A stretch of 64,000 nucleotides of DNA from NCBI GenBank assembly GCA_965220085.1, contig CBDCOZ010000003.1, positions 640,001-704,000 on the forward strand, written 5' to 3'. Origin of the DNA: Candidatus Oxydemutatoraceae bacterium. GTDB taxonomy: Bacteria; Pseudomonadota; Gammaproteobacteria; Poriferisulfidales; Oxydemutatoraceae. The translations under genes were made by a program, and so were the position numbers. The notes below the pieces were generated by a model. It was not told where the DNA came from, ran no database searches, and was given only the letters and a program-made list of their open reading frames with translations. Each line of letters starts with the position of its first letter. Within the stretch, counting starts at the first letter, position 1. Below are positions 22,808 to 32,433 of the stretch, one piece after another.

Positions 22808-23126
22808 CCCGGTGGCTCAGGCACGGGAAGGAGTTGCGCAGGCGCGCTTGTTCGGTCAAATCTATGGTGGCAACGGCAACGCCAGATGACCCGGTGGCTC
22901 AGGCACGGGAAGGAGTTGCGCAGGCGCGCTTGTTCGGTCAAATCTATGGCGGCAACGGCAACGCCAGATGACCCGGTGGTTCAGGCACGGGAAGGAGTTG
23001 CGCAGACGCGTCTGTTCGGTCAAATCTATGGTGACAACGGCAAGCGCTAGATAACCCGGTGGCTCAGGCACGGGAAGGAGTTGCGCAGGCGCGCCTGTTC
23101 GGTCAAATCTATGGTGACAACGGCAA
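22802..23126. repeat. Three extra 82-83 bp copies of the carbon-nitrogen hydrolase 3' end
   Basis: Units start at 22802, 22884, 22966 and 23049; the last is the real gene end. Confidence 0.93.
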
Positions 23127-23895
23127 CCGCTTCGTTTTGATCTTCAAGTTGTTGTATCACCGTGCCCCAAGGATCGACCGCCATGCTGTGGCCGTAGGTC
23201 TTTTTGCCGTTGGCGTGGGTTCCGTTCTGTCCGGCGCCGAGCAACCAAGTTTGATTTTCAATGGCGCGGGCGCGTAACAACACCCGCCAGTGTGCCGCGC
23301 CGGTAAGAGCCGTGAAAGCCGACGGCAGGGAGACGACCTCGGCGCCCTGTTCGCTCATCAGACGGAACAATTCGGGGAAGCGCAGGTCATAGCAAACCGC
23401 CATCCCGAGTTTTGCGAACGGCGTCTCCGCAACGACAGGTCGGTGACCGGCGGCAAAGATTTTTGACTCGTGATAGCTGGCGGCGCCGTTTGGCAACTCC
23501 ACATCAAACAGATGGATTTTGTGATAGGCCGCCCGTTGCGCGCCGTTGTCGTCAAACAATATGGACGCAGCGGATACTTTGTTGTCGCTGCGCATATCGG
23601 ACGGCGTTGTCGGTATCGTGCCGGCGACTATCCAGACGCCGAGTTGTTGCGCGACTTGCGCTATGAAATCTTGAATGCGCCCGCCGCCGGCCTGTTCCGC
23701 AATGCCAAGCTGTTTGTCATCCGACGACCCCATGCATGCGAAGGTCTCCGGCAATACGACCAACTGCGCGCCTTGTTCGGCGGCGGATGTGATCAGCGTT
23801 TTGCCGCGGTTTAGGTTTGATTGCACGTCTTCCCCGGAGTTCATCTGTATCACCGCGCATTTGAACGGGGTTCGTTTTGTTGTCGAAGTAGTCAT
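23047..23895 (-). CDS. Carbon-nitrogen hydrolase (Nit1/YbeM-like amidase)
   Basis: Catalytic triad LPE, YHKIHLFD, VCYDLRFPE; RARAIENQ. Confidence 0.92.
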   Translation of the reverse strand: MTTSTTKRTPFKCAVIQMNSGEDVQSNLNRGKTLITSAAEQGAQLVVLPETFACMGSSDDKQLGIAEQAGGGRIQDFIAQVAQQLGVWIVAGTIPTTPSDMRSDNKVSAASILFDDNGAQRAAYHKIHLFDVELPNGAASYHESKIFAAGHRPVVAETPFAKLGMAVCYDLRFPELFRLMSEQGAEVVSLPSAFTALTGAAHWRVLLRARAIENQTWLLGAGQNGTHANGKKTYGHSMAVDPWGTVIQQLEDQNEAVAVVTIDLTEQARLRNSFPCLSHRVI

Positions 23896-23896
23896 C

Positions 23897-24724
23897 TTAT
23901 TCTCTCCATTGCATGATGCGGTTTGAAAAATGTTTGCAGAGCGCGCCTGTCTGTCCGTCGCCTATCGTCGTGTTATCGATCCGAGTCACCGGCACTATAT
24001 CCTTGGTGGAACTGGTCAGCCAAACTTCGTCCGCGGCAAAGAGCTCATCCTTTTTGACTTGGCGCTCAACACAGGCAACGTTCTCCCGCTCGGCTATCTC
24101 GATCACCGCCGCGCGGGTGATGCCGGGCAGGATGCGGCGGTTCAGAGCGGGTGTTGCAATCGCGTTGTCTTTGATAACAAACACCGTGCTCGCCGCACCC
24201 TCCGACACATATCCGTCGTTGGTGATGATGGCTTCGTAAGCGCCTTGTTCTTGCGCATCCTGTCGCATCAGGACGTTGGCGAGCAGATTGACAGATTTTA
24301 TATCGCAGCGTTGCCAGCGGGTATCTTCGGTCGTGATTGCCGCCACCCCCGACGGCGCTTGGGCTGCCGGTTCCATCCGCATCGTCATCATGAACACCGT
24401 CGGGGTCGTCGCAAGCGATGAGACGTGGTCGCGCGGAGCGACGCCGCGGGTGATTTGCAGGTAGATGGCGAGGGTGCGCAAGCCGGATTGTTCGATCAGC
24501 CGGTCGGTCAACTGCCGCCATTGTTCGGCGGTGTGCGGGTTGGCGATACGGATTTCTTGCAGGCTATAGTCGAGCCGCCGCAGGTGCGCTTCGTAACGGA
24601 ATATGCGCCCGCCGTATGCCGGCATCACTTCGTATACGCCGTCGCCAAAGAGAAACCCGCGGTCGAGCGGGTTGATATGACATTCGCTCAATTCGCAAAA
24701 TTCTCCGTTGAGGTATGCGATCAT
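23897..24724 (-). CDS. dat: D-amino acid aminotransferase (class IV PLP)
   Basis: DRGFLFGDGVYEV, RCDIKS, ILPGITR. Confidence 0.9.
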   Translation of the reverse strand: MIAYLNGEFCELSECHINPLDRGFLFGDGVYEVMPAYGGRIFRYEAHLRRLDYSLQEIRIANPHTAEQWRQLTDRLIEQSGLRTLAIYLQITRGVAPRDHVSSLATTPTVFMMTMRMEPAAQAPSGVAAITTEDTRWQRCDIKSVNLLANVLMRQDAQEQGAYEAIITNDGYVSEGAASTVFVIKDNAIATPALNRRILPGITRAAVIEIAERENVACVERQVKKDELFAADEVWLTSSTKDIVPVTRIDNTTIGDGQTGALCKHFSNRIMQWRE

Positions 24725-25851
24725 TGAAACAAGCGCAGGAAGCTGTCGCCGATGCGGGAAAATATTCCCCCCTCGGGGACATCTTGCAGGGATATCAGAG
24801 GGCGTTCGTCCAGCAGCTCGTCGGCGAGGAATACGCGCACCGTGCCGAGCGCGGTGTCTTTCTTCAGCGGCGCGTCCGCATTGCTGTCAATGGTGATTTC
24901 CGCTTTCAATTTGTTCTCGGAATTCTTCGGGAAGGCGACATAGATGTCTTCGGCGATTCCGAGTTGCGCGTGATCGGTCTCGCCGCCCCAGACGCGTATT
25001 TTTGCGAGTTCGTCTCCGGCTCTGAGCAAGCGTTTGCTGCGGTAGAAGCGGAAGCCGTAGCGCAGCAATTCCGCCGTATTGTTAAAGCGTCTCTTGTCGC
25101 TGTCGTCGCCCAGAATGACCGTGATCAGGCGCATGCCGTCTTGTTGCGCCGACGCGGCGAGACAGTAGCCGGCATTTTTGGTGTGGCCGGTTTTCAATCC
25201 GTCCACCCCGAGGTTGCGCCACAGCAGGCGGTTGCGGTTGCGTTGGGTGATGTTGTTGTAGGTATAGCCGCGCTCGGAATAGGTCCGATAGTGGCCGGGA
25301 AAATCCATAATCAGCGCCCGGCTCAGCAATGCCATATCGCGCGCGCTGGAAGCATGACCGTCCGCGGGCAAGCCGGTGGTGTTCTCAAAATGGGAATTTT
25401 TCATGCCGAGTCTTTGGGCTTGCACGTTCATCAGGTCGACAAAAGCGTCTTCGGAACCGGCGATGTGTTCGGCCAAGGCGATGCTGGCATCGTTGCCCGA
25501 TTGAATCACGATGCCGGAAATCAACACCGACAAAGGCACTTTTTTACCCGCTTCTACGAAGGTTCTGGAACCTTGCGCGCGCCATGCCTTGGCGCTGATG
25601 GTCACTTCGTCCTCTATGCCGACTATGCCTTCCGCTAACGCCTGATAGGCGACATAGGCGGTCATCAGTTTGGTCAGGCTCGCGGGTTCGTAACGGGCAT
25701 CCGCATCCTCTTCTGCCAGCGCTCGGCCGCTGTTGTAGTCCATGACGATATAGCTTTTGGCCGAGAGGTCGGGAGGGGGCGGCAGCCATTGATTGGCCGT
25801 TGCCGCCGACGGCACGAGCAAAGCCAGAACACAGAAAAGCCGTTTCATCAT
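24721..25851 (-). CDS. D-alanyl-D-alanine carboxypeptidase (PBP5/6, DacA/DacC type)
   Basis: PASLTK (SxxK), SGN, KTG. Confidence 0.93.
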   Translation of the reverse strand: MMKRLFCVLALLVPSAATANQWLPPPPDLSAKSYIVMDYNSGRALAEEDADARYEPASLTKLMTAYVAYQALAEGIVGIEDEVTISAKAWRAQGSRTFVEAGKKVPLSVLISGIVIQSGNDASIALAEHIAGSEDAFVDLMNVQAQRLGMKNSHFENTTGLPADGHASSARDMALLSRALIMDFPGHYRTYSERGYTYNNITQRNRNRLLWRNLGVDGLKTGHTKNAGYCLAASAQQDGMRLITVILGDDSDKRRFNNTAELLRYGFRFYRSKRLLRAGDELAKIRVWGGETDHAQLGIAEDIYVAFPKNSENKLKAEITIDSNADAPLKKDTALGTVRVFLADELLDERPLISLQDVPEGGIFSRIGDSFLRLFQ

Positions 25852-26663
25852 CGGTTCATCACCTTATAGCCGCGATAACCAAAACGGTCGAGAGCCGTCT
25901 TCGCTCGCTCCAGTTCCAGAGTGCGATGCAACGGCCCGATGCGCACCCGATGCAGGCTTTTTTGTTGGCGCGCATCGCGGGCGATAAATGCTTTCAGGTT
26001 TTTTGCTTTTAGTTTCTTTACCAGATCGTTCGCATAGGCCTTGCTGTTGTAGGCGGCGACCTGTATGTAAGCAATGTTTTGCGCGATCCGGTGTTGCTCG
26101 GCGGGGACTCTGATCACTTCCATGTTTACCGGCACGACGCCGGCGTCCACCATGTCAAGCGCTTTGGCGGCGGCGTAGGACAGATCAATGATTCGCTTGT
26201 GACGAAAAGGGCCGCGGTCGTTGACCCGCGCGATGACCTCGCGCCCGTTTTTCAGGTTGGTGACTTTGACATAAGAGGGCAACGGCAGGCTTTTGTGCGC
26301 CGCGGTCAATTTGTGCATGTCAAATGTTTCGCGGTTGGACGTCAGGCGGTTGTGGAATTTCTTTCCGTACCACGATGCCAGACCTTGTTCGCTGTGACCC
26401 ACGCGCGCCGGCTTTACTTCGTAGCGTTTGTTCTTGACGGTGTAAAACTGTTTGTTGCCGTAATCGGACAACTTTTCGGGTTTGACGACCGCCCGCTTTT
26501 TGATCGGCGGCGGGAGCGCCGACGAGGTGACGGCGGTATTGATATGAGCGATAGTGCGGTTGCTCGGAACATTGGCACAACCCGTCGCTAGCGCGGCGAG
26601 CAGGGGGGCCAGAACCCCCAAGCGCAACATCTTCAACTCTGTTTTTGACATGAGCGTTCGCAT
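25848..26663 (-). CDS. rlpA: Septal ring lytic transglycosylase RlpA
   Basis: Lipobox ATGC, ASWYG, TAAHKSLP, NDRGPF, IIDLS, C-terminal SPOR domain; start uncertain. Confidence 0.92.
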   Translation of the reverse strand: MRTLMSKTELKMLRLGVLAPLLAALATGCANVPSNRTIAHINTAVTSSALPPPIKKRAVVKPEKLSDYGNKQFYTVKNKRYEVKPARVGHSEQGLASWYGKKFHNRLTSNRETFDMHKLTAAHKSLPLPSYVKVTNLKNGREVIARVNDRGPFRHKRIIDLSYAAAKALDMVDAGVVPVNMEVIRVPAEQHRIAQNIAYIQVAAYNSKAYANDLVKKLKAKNLKAFIARDARQQKSLHRVRIGPLHRTLELERAKTALDRFGYRGYKVMNR

Positions 26664-26665
26664 CG

Positions 26666-27652
26666 CTAGTGACGGTTTCTTCTGATTTCGCGGCTCAACT
26701 GGTAAACCGCCATCGCGTAACGGCGGCTGTGGTTGTAGCGGCTGATGACATAGAAGTTGTGGTAGCCCGCCCATACGTCGATATGCCCCTCTTTTGCTTG
26801 CATTCCGATAAGCGAAAAAGTGTCCTCTTGCGGGCGGAAGTCGTGGCTTGTGATGCCGTAATGGCTGAGGTCTGTCAGGGATAACCACGGCGTCAGTTTT
26901 TTGTTGAGGAGTTTGTCAAGTTGCGCCCCTTCGAGGTCGACCCTTTCGGTAATCGGCGCATCGGGCGCCCAGCCGTGACGGGCGATGTAATTGGCGATGC
27001 TGCCCATGATATCGGCGGGGCTGTTCCACAGATCGCGCGCGCCGTCGTCGTCAAAGTCCACCGCATATGCGCGATAACTGCTGGAGATAAATTGTCCGAC
27101 TCCCATCGCTCCGCCGTGAGAGCCTTTGATCTTTTGACATTCAAAATTTTCCTCGCGGCACAATAGCAAGAACTGGGTCAACTCGCCGCGAAAGAAGTCG
27201 CTTCGCCGCGGATAATCAAACCCGAGTGTGACCAGCGTATCCAGTATCGGAAATTTGCCGGTAATCGTGCCGTAGAAGGTTTCCACCCCAATCAAGGAGA
27301 CGATGATTTCGGGCGGCACTTGGTAGTGTTCGGCTGCTTTTTTAATCAAGGCATCGTTTTTGTGCCAGAAGATGATGCCTTTGCTGATGCGCTCTGGGGT
27401 CAGAAAAATATCGCGATATTCGTGCCAGGGCTTGGCTTCCGCCGGTTTGTCCAGGGTTTTGATCGCCAGCGTTTGTTTGTTTGCGGCGCCGATAAGGCGT
27501 TCGATGGCGTCGCGCTCAAAGGCGTATTGCTCGACGATCTCGTCGATATAGGCGCGCACATCCGCGCGTTCCGCATAGTTGCCATCGGCGAGCGCAAACG
27601 GCGCGAAGGCGAGCGCATAGAGCAATAAGATATAAGTTTTCATGCCATTCAT
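26666..27652 (-). CDS. mltB: Lytic murein transglycosylase B
   Basis: IGVETFYG, GSHGGAMG..QF..SSY, DFDDDG, YNHS. Confidence 0.93.
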   Translation of the reverse strand: MNGMKTYILLLYALAFAPFALADGNYAERADVRAYIDEIVEQYAFERDAIERLIGAANKQTLAIKTLDKPAEAKPWHEYRDIFLTPERISKGIIFWHKNDALIKKAAEHYQVPPEIIVSLIGVETFYGTITGKFPILDTLVTLGFDYPRRSDFFRGELTQFLLLCREENFECQKIKGSHGGAMGVGQFISSSYRAYAVDFDDDGARDLWNSPADIMGSIANYIARHGWAPDAPITERVDLEGAQLDKLLNKKLTPWLSLTDLSHYGITSHDFRPQEDTFSLIGMQAKEGHIDVWAGYHNFYVISRYNHSRRYAMAVYQLSREIRRNRH

Positions 27653-28779
27653 CCCATCATCGGGCGGTGTTTCGCAATGGCGGCCAAGATGCCAAATGAT
27701 GCCAGCAGGGTCGCTGTCGCAGTGCCTCCGTAACTGAACAAGGGCAGGGTTAATCCGACCACGGGCAATAGCCCGCTGACCATTGCGATATTGACTATAA
27801 AGTATACCGCAAACGAGAAGGTGATGGTACCCGCAAGCAACCAGCAAAAATTATCCGAGGCGCGCATGGTGATGATGACACAGCGCGCACAGATGAGCAC
27901 ATACAGCAAGATCAATGCGCAGACACCCGCAAACCCCGTTTGTTCGGCGAAGGTGGAGAAAATAAAATCGGTCGAGTGTTCGGGGATAAAACCGAGTTGT
28001 ACCTGAGTGCCGTTGCCCCATCCTTTGCCCCACAGTCCGCCCGAGCCGATGGCAATTTTTGATTGGATGATGTGGTAGCCGGCGCCGAGCGGATCGTTTT
28101 CCGGATTGAGAAAAGCCAATGCGCGCAGGCGTTGGTAATCGTGCAGCGTATGCCATACCCACGGCGCCGAAGCGAAGAGCGCGACGAATGCGGAGCCGAT
28201 CCAATACCACGATATGCCGGCGAGGAAGAGCGCGAATGCGCCGCCGACGGCTATCAGCAGCGCGGTGCCGAGGTCCGGTTGCAACACGACCAGCGTCACG
28301 GGCAGCGCGATCAGCGTCATCGCCGCCGCCATGCGCAGCCCGCTGTTTTTGCTTTCGTACTGACCGGCGAGGATTGAACACACCATCAGCGGCGTTGTGA
28401 TCTTCAGAATCTCGGACGGTTGAAAGCGCACCAGCCAGATGTCCAGCCAGCGTTGCGCGCCTTTGCTGATTTCTCCGGCTGCCAGCACCAGCAATAGCAA
28501 AACCACTCCGACGAAGTACAGGATAGGCGACCAACGGCGGTAGCTTGTGATCGGAATCGCCGCCAGGACAAACATCAGGCCGAAGCCGATTGCGAGCCGA
28601 TTGGCGTGGCGCGCCAGTATTGCCTCGCCGTGTGCGCTCGCGCTGTAGATCGTCAGCAATCCGGTAATCGCTAACAGCAGTATCAGCACAAACATCGTCC
28701 GATCGACCGTGAGTCGTCGGATACCGTGCGGCAACGCGCCGTCAAACCTGTTTGCTTCACGGACTAACATCGCGCTCAT
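27649..28779 (-). CDS. rodA: Rod shape-determining protein RodA
   Basis: GAQRW, FQPSE, QPDLGT, GYHIIQS, PEHSTDFIF. Confidence 0.95.
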   Translation of the reverse strand: MSAMLVREANRFDGALPHGIRRLTVDRTMFVLILLLAITGLLTIYSASAHGEAILARHANRLAIGFGLMFVLAAIPITSYRRWSPILYFVGVVLLLLVLAAGEISKGAQRWLDIWLVRFQPSEILKITTPLMVCSILAGQYESKNSGLRMAAAMTLIALPVTLVVLQPDLGTALLIAVGGAFALFLAGISWYWIGSAFVALFASAPWVWHTLHDYQRLRALAFLNPENDPLGAGYHIIQSKIAIGSGGLWGKGWGNGTQVQLGFIPEHSTDFIFSTFAEQTGFAGVCALILLYVLICARCVIITMRASDNFCWLLAGTITFSFAVYFIVNIAMVSGLLPVVGLTLPLFSYGGTATATLLASFGILAAIAKHRPMMG

Positions 28780-30619
28780 CCGTCTGTGTGTTTGCCGCGA
28801 TGGGCGCTCGGGTTTCAAAGTAGGCGTCGAGTATTTCGCGGGCGATGGATGCGGCGATAGCGCCGCTGCCGGAATTTTCACTCAGCACCACCAACGCCAC
28901 TTCCGGCTCGTCTATCGGCGCAAAAGCTATAAACATGCCGTGATCGACCAAGTGTTTTTCTATCTCTTCTTGCTCCCGCTCGTCCTCCTCGTCCGCCATG
29001 GAGATCAACTGCATGGTGCCGGTTTTGCCGGCGATCGCGTAATCAAGACCCGCGTTTATCCTGTATGCGGTACCGTTCGGCTCGTGCACGACCCTGCGCA
29101 TTGCGTCTACCACATAGTCCCAATGCGCGTCGCTTGCTTGCACTTTTTCGGTGTGTCTGACGGGTTGCTCTTGCCATTCTTTGCCGTCATGGATGGCTTT
29201 GACCAGACGCGGCACCACGCCGCGCCCGCGATTGGCGATGGCGGATGTCGCAACCGCCATTTGTAGCGGGGTGGTCAGGGTATAGCCTTGTCCGATGCCG
29301 GTGATGATGGTTTCGGCGGGCAGCCACGGTTCCCCAAGCGTTTCGTTTTTCCATTCCGGTGTCGGCACCAAACCGGCCGGTTCGGAAGGCATGTCTATTC
29401 CGGTTTTTTGTCCGAGACCGAAGCGCCGCAGAGAGTGTGACAACATGTTGATGCCCATCTTGTGCGCGGTGTCGTAGAAGAATACGTCACAGGATTGGGT
29501 GATGGAATCGCTCAGGTTCACCCAGCCGTGTCCTTCTTTGCGCCAATCGCGATAATGGCGTTCGCTGCCTTCGAGGATGTAGTGGGGCCCGGCAAACATC
29601 CGGCGATTGCGGCTGACGACCTTCTGCTCCAGCGCGGCGAGCGCGATGATCGGTTTGATCGTGGAGCCCGGCGGGTACTGTCCCGATATGGCGCGATTAA
29701 AAAAGGGCTTGAGCCGATTAGAGCGCAATGCGCGATAGTCGTCGTTGGAAAAAGAGTAAGAAAACAAGTTAGGGTCAAAAGAAGGACGGCTGACCAGCGC
29801 GAGCACATCGCCGTTGCGAGAGTCCAGCATGACCACCGCGCCGCTGTATTCGCCGAGCGCATCAAACGCCGCTTGCTGTAATTCGCTGTCTGCCGCCAGC
29901 AAGAGATCATGACCGGGCAGAGCCTTGTATTCATCGACCGTGCGGATAGGGCGGCCTTTGGCATTGACTTCTATTTTGCGGAAGCCGATTTTGCCGTGCA
30001 ATGTTTCCTCGTAAGACTTTTCAATGCCGGTTTTGCCGATGTATTGTTGGGCGCGGTAGTTGCGATAGTCGATGCGCCGCATGTCTTGTTCGCTGAGCAA
30101 ACCGACATGTCCCGCCAGGTGCGAGAACAGGCCGTGATAGGGGTAGTACCGAACGACCCGTCCGGTTATTTCCACGCCGTCCAAGCGGTGCAGGCTGACC
30201 GCAAGTTTTGCCACCTCGGTATCGTTGAGATGGGCGCGGAGGACGACGCTCTGAAAATCGGCGGTTTTCTTTCGCTTGCGATGGAAGCGCTCTATGTCTT
30301 CCTCTTTGAGGCCGATGATGGAGCCAATTTGTTTGAGGGTCGCCGGCAAATCGTCGATCAGCGCGGGGGTCAGTTCCAAACTGTGCACGGTCTTGTTGAT
30401 CGCCAGCGGTTTTCCGTTGCGGTCGTATATCAGCCCGCGCGGCGCCGGCGCCGGAGCCAACTTGAAGCGGTTGCCTTCCGCCAGAGTGCGGTAGTAGTCG
30501 TGATTGACTATCTGCAGATCAAACAGATTGACAACGATCGCCGCGACGACCGCCAGCAGCACAGCGGTAACGATCGCCACACGGTTGGAGAACAAACGTT
30601 TTTGCAGGTATTTATCCAC
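28757..30619 (-). CDS. mrdA: Penicillin-binding protein 2
   Basis: RGLIYDRNG, PGSTIK, SCD, KTGT. Confidence 0.96.
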   Translation of the reverse strand: MDKYLQKRLFSNRVAIVTAVLLAVVAAIVVNLFDLQIVNHDYYRTLAEGNRFKLAPAPAPRGLIYDRNGKPLAINKTVHSLELTPALIDDLPATLKQIGSIIGLKEEDIERFHRKRKKTADFQSVVLRAHLNDTEVAKLAVSLHRLDGVEITGRVVRYYPYHGLFSHLAGHVGLLSEQDMRRIDYRNYRAQQYIGKTGIEKSYEETLHGKIGFRKIEVNAKGRPIRTVDEYKALPGHDLLLAADSELQQAAFDALGEYSGAVVMLDSRNGDVLALVSRPSFDPNLFSYSFSNDDYRALRSNRLKPFFNRAISGQYPPGSTIKPIIALAALEQKVVSRNRRMFAGPHYILEGSERHYRDWRKEGHGWVNLSDSITQSCDVFFYDTAHKMGINMLSHSLRRFGLGQKTGIDMPSEPAGLVPTPEWKNETLGEPWLPAETIITGIGQGYTLTTPLQMAVATSAIANRGRGVVPRLVKAIHDGKEWQEQPVRHTEKVQASDAHWDYVVDAMRRVVHEPNGTAYRINAGLDYAIAGKTGTMQLISMADEEDEREQEEIEKHLVDHGMFIAFAPIDEPEVALVVLSENSGSGAIAASIAREILDAYFETRAPIAANTQTDERDVSP

Positions 30620-30634
30620 GCAGTGGATTCGCGG

Positions 30635-31165
30635 CTATTGCCCCGAATAGCGGGCTATGCAATTGCGAATTTCGGCGCACGCTTTGTCTTTGCCGGTCCA
30701 ACCGACGACTTCGACCCATTTTTCCGGTTCCAGTTTTTTATAGTATTCAAAGAAGTACACAATTTGGGCGGTGAGATTCGCCGGCAGATCATCGATGGAC
30801 TCGACATCGTCATAACCGCTGTTCATTCCTTTCAGGGGCGCCGCGATCAGTTTGAGGTCGCGTCCGGACTCGTCTTTCATGTCCAACGCATCCAGCGGGC
30901 GGCAATGTATGACAGAGCCGGTCAGCAACGGAGTCGGCGTGATGACCAGAACGTCGACCGGGTCGCCGTCTTCGGACAGGGTCTTGGGTATGAAGCCGTA
31001 ATTAGCCGGATAATGCACCGGCGCATTGATAAAGCGGTCGACGAAGATCGAGTTGGTGTCTTTGTCGACCTCGTATTTGACCGGTTCCGAATGTGCCGGG
31101 ATTTCAATGATGGCGACTATTTCCGCGGGCGGATTTTTGCCGGCGCTTAGTTTGTCAATGTCCAC
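30635..31165 (-). CDS. ppa: Inorganic pyrophosphatase
   Basis: KYE, YPANYGF, DGDPVD. Confidence 0.96.
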   Translation of the reverse strand: MDIDKLSAGKNPPAEIVAIIEIPAHSEPVKYEVDKDTNSIFVDRFINAPVHYPANYGFIPKTLSEDGDPVDVLVITPTPLLTGSVIHCRPLDALDMKDESGRDLKLIAAPLKGMNSGYDDVESIDDLPANLTAQIVYFFEYYKKLEPEKWVEVVGWTGKDKACAEIRNCIARYSGQ

Positions 31166-31201
31166 TCGGTTATCCCGTTTGTGTTAATCGTCGCACAGCG
31201 G

Positions 31202-31528
31202 TCACGCCGATTGTTCGCTCGCGGCGCCGTCCACCATTTTTTGCAATTCGCCGTTTTGCAGCAACTCCATGATGATGTCGCAGCCGCCGACCAACTCGCC
31301 GGATATATACAGTTGCGGGAAAGTCGGCCAATCTGCGTACTGCGGAAGGGTTTGAAATACTTCCGGGTCAAGCAAGACATTGACATAAGCAAATTCGCGT
31401 CCGCACTGTTGCAGCGCCTGCGAGGCGCGGCTTGAGAAACCGCACTGCGGTAACTGCGGCGTACCCTTCATGTAGATGATGACGGGATTACTCGTAACTT
31501 GTTGTTTTATTTTGTTCAAGGCGTCCAA
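31202..31528 (-). CDS. grxD: Monothiol glutaredoxin Grx4
   Basis: MKGTP..PQCGFS, WPTFPQL, GGCD. Confidence 0.96.
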   Translation of the reverse strand: MDALNKIKQQVTSNPVIIYMKGTPQLPQCGFSSRASQALQQCGREFAYVNVLLDPEVFQTLPQYADWPTFPQLYISGELVGGCDIIMELLQNGELQKMVDGAASEQSA

Positions 31529-31626
31529 TGGTTCACCCTCCTTGTAGTAAATACAGGTTGTTTTGATTCTCTATAATTTAGCATAGTCGGCGATGCGAAC
31601 CAAATACCCCCTCTCCGCCGCAGGGC

Positions 31627-32276
31627 GCTCGCGCTGTCGTAGCGGCCTACCTCAAATGGGGTATGCTCGCTCCCTTGTGCGCACCCTGCAACGCTCCCCT
31701 CTTCGGTACGCCGACGGGGATGGCGCGAGAGGGGAGTGTGGTTTATCCCCCTCTCCAGCGAGCGAAGCTCGCTGACTCTCCCACGAGGGGAGAGTATTGC
31801 TTGCCACAAGGAAGCGTGTTGGCGCAAGTCTTGCGATGAGATTGCTCGCGCTGTCGTAGCGGCTTACCTCAAATGGGGTATGCTCGCTCCCTTGTGCGCA
31901 CCCTGCAACGCTCCCCTCTTCGGTACGCCGACGGGGATGGCGCGAGAGGGGAGTGTGGTTTATCCCCCTCTCCAGCGAGCGAAGCTCGCTGACTCTCCCA
32001 CGAGGGGAGAGTATTGCTTGCTACAAGGAAGCGTGTTGGCGCAAGTCTTGCGATGGGATTGCTCGGCTGTCGCAGCAGCCTACCTCAAATGGGGTATGCT
32101 CGCTCCCTTGTGCGCACCCTGCAACGCTCCCCTCTTCGGTACGCCTTCGGGGATGGTGCGAGAGAGGAGTGTGGTTTATCCCCCTCTCCAGCGAGCGAAG
32201 CTCGCTGACTCTCCCACAAGGGGAGAGTATTGCTTGCTACAAGGGAGCATGTTAGCGCAAGTCTTGCGATGGGATT
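31627..32276. repeat. Three tandem ~217-bp palindrome-rich (REP/MITE-like) units
   Basis: Units at 31627, 31844 and 32061; internal hairpins cagcgagcgaagctcgctg, ctctcccacgaggggagag, tacctcaaatggggta. Confidence 0.9.
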
Positions 32277-32283
32277 GCTCGCG

Positions 32284-32433
32284 CTATCGCAACGGGCCCT
32301 CCAAGAAGATGCGCAGCCGCAGGCGCATATCAAATCGATGGTCATGGCGGCGGGCGGAAGCCGCGCCGGCTTGAGTCCGACCATCGGCGCCGCCTTCAAT
32401 GGCAATACTCACTTGTGCGCGTGTGTTTGCCAT
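32284..32433 (-). pseudogene. 49-aa mini-ORF or relic ending RLRLRIFLEGPLR, coupled by TAATG to the large upstream gene
   Basis: MANTRAQ...FDMRLRLRIFLEGPLR*; another frame retains AAMTIDL, resembling the pre-terminal TMNIHL of paralogs. Confidence 0.6.

Noticed and set aside
31736-32374. ORFs within the 217-bp repeats
   Set aside because: Products of non-coding palindromic repeats with no protein features.
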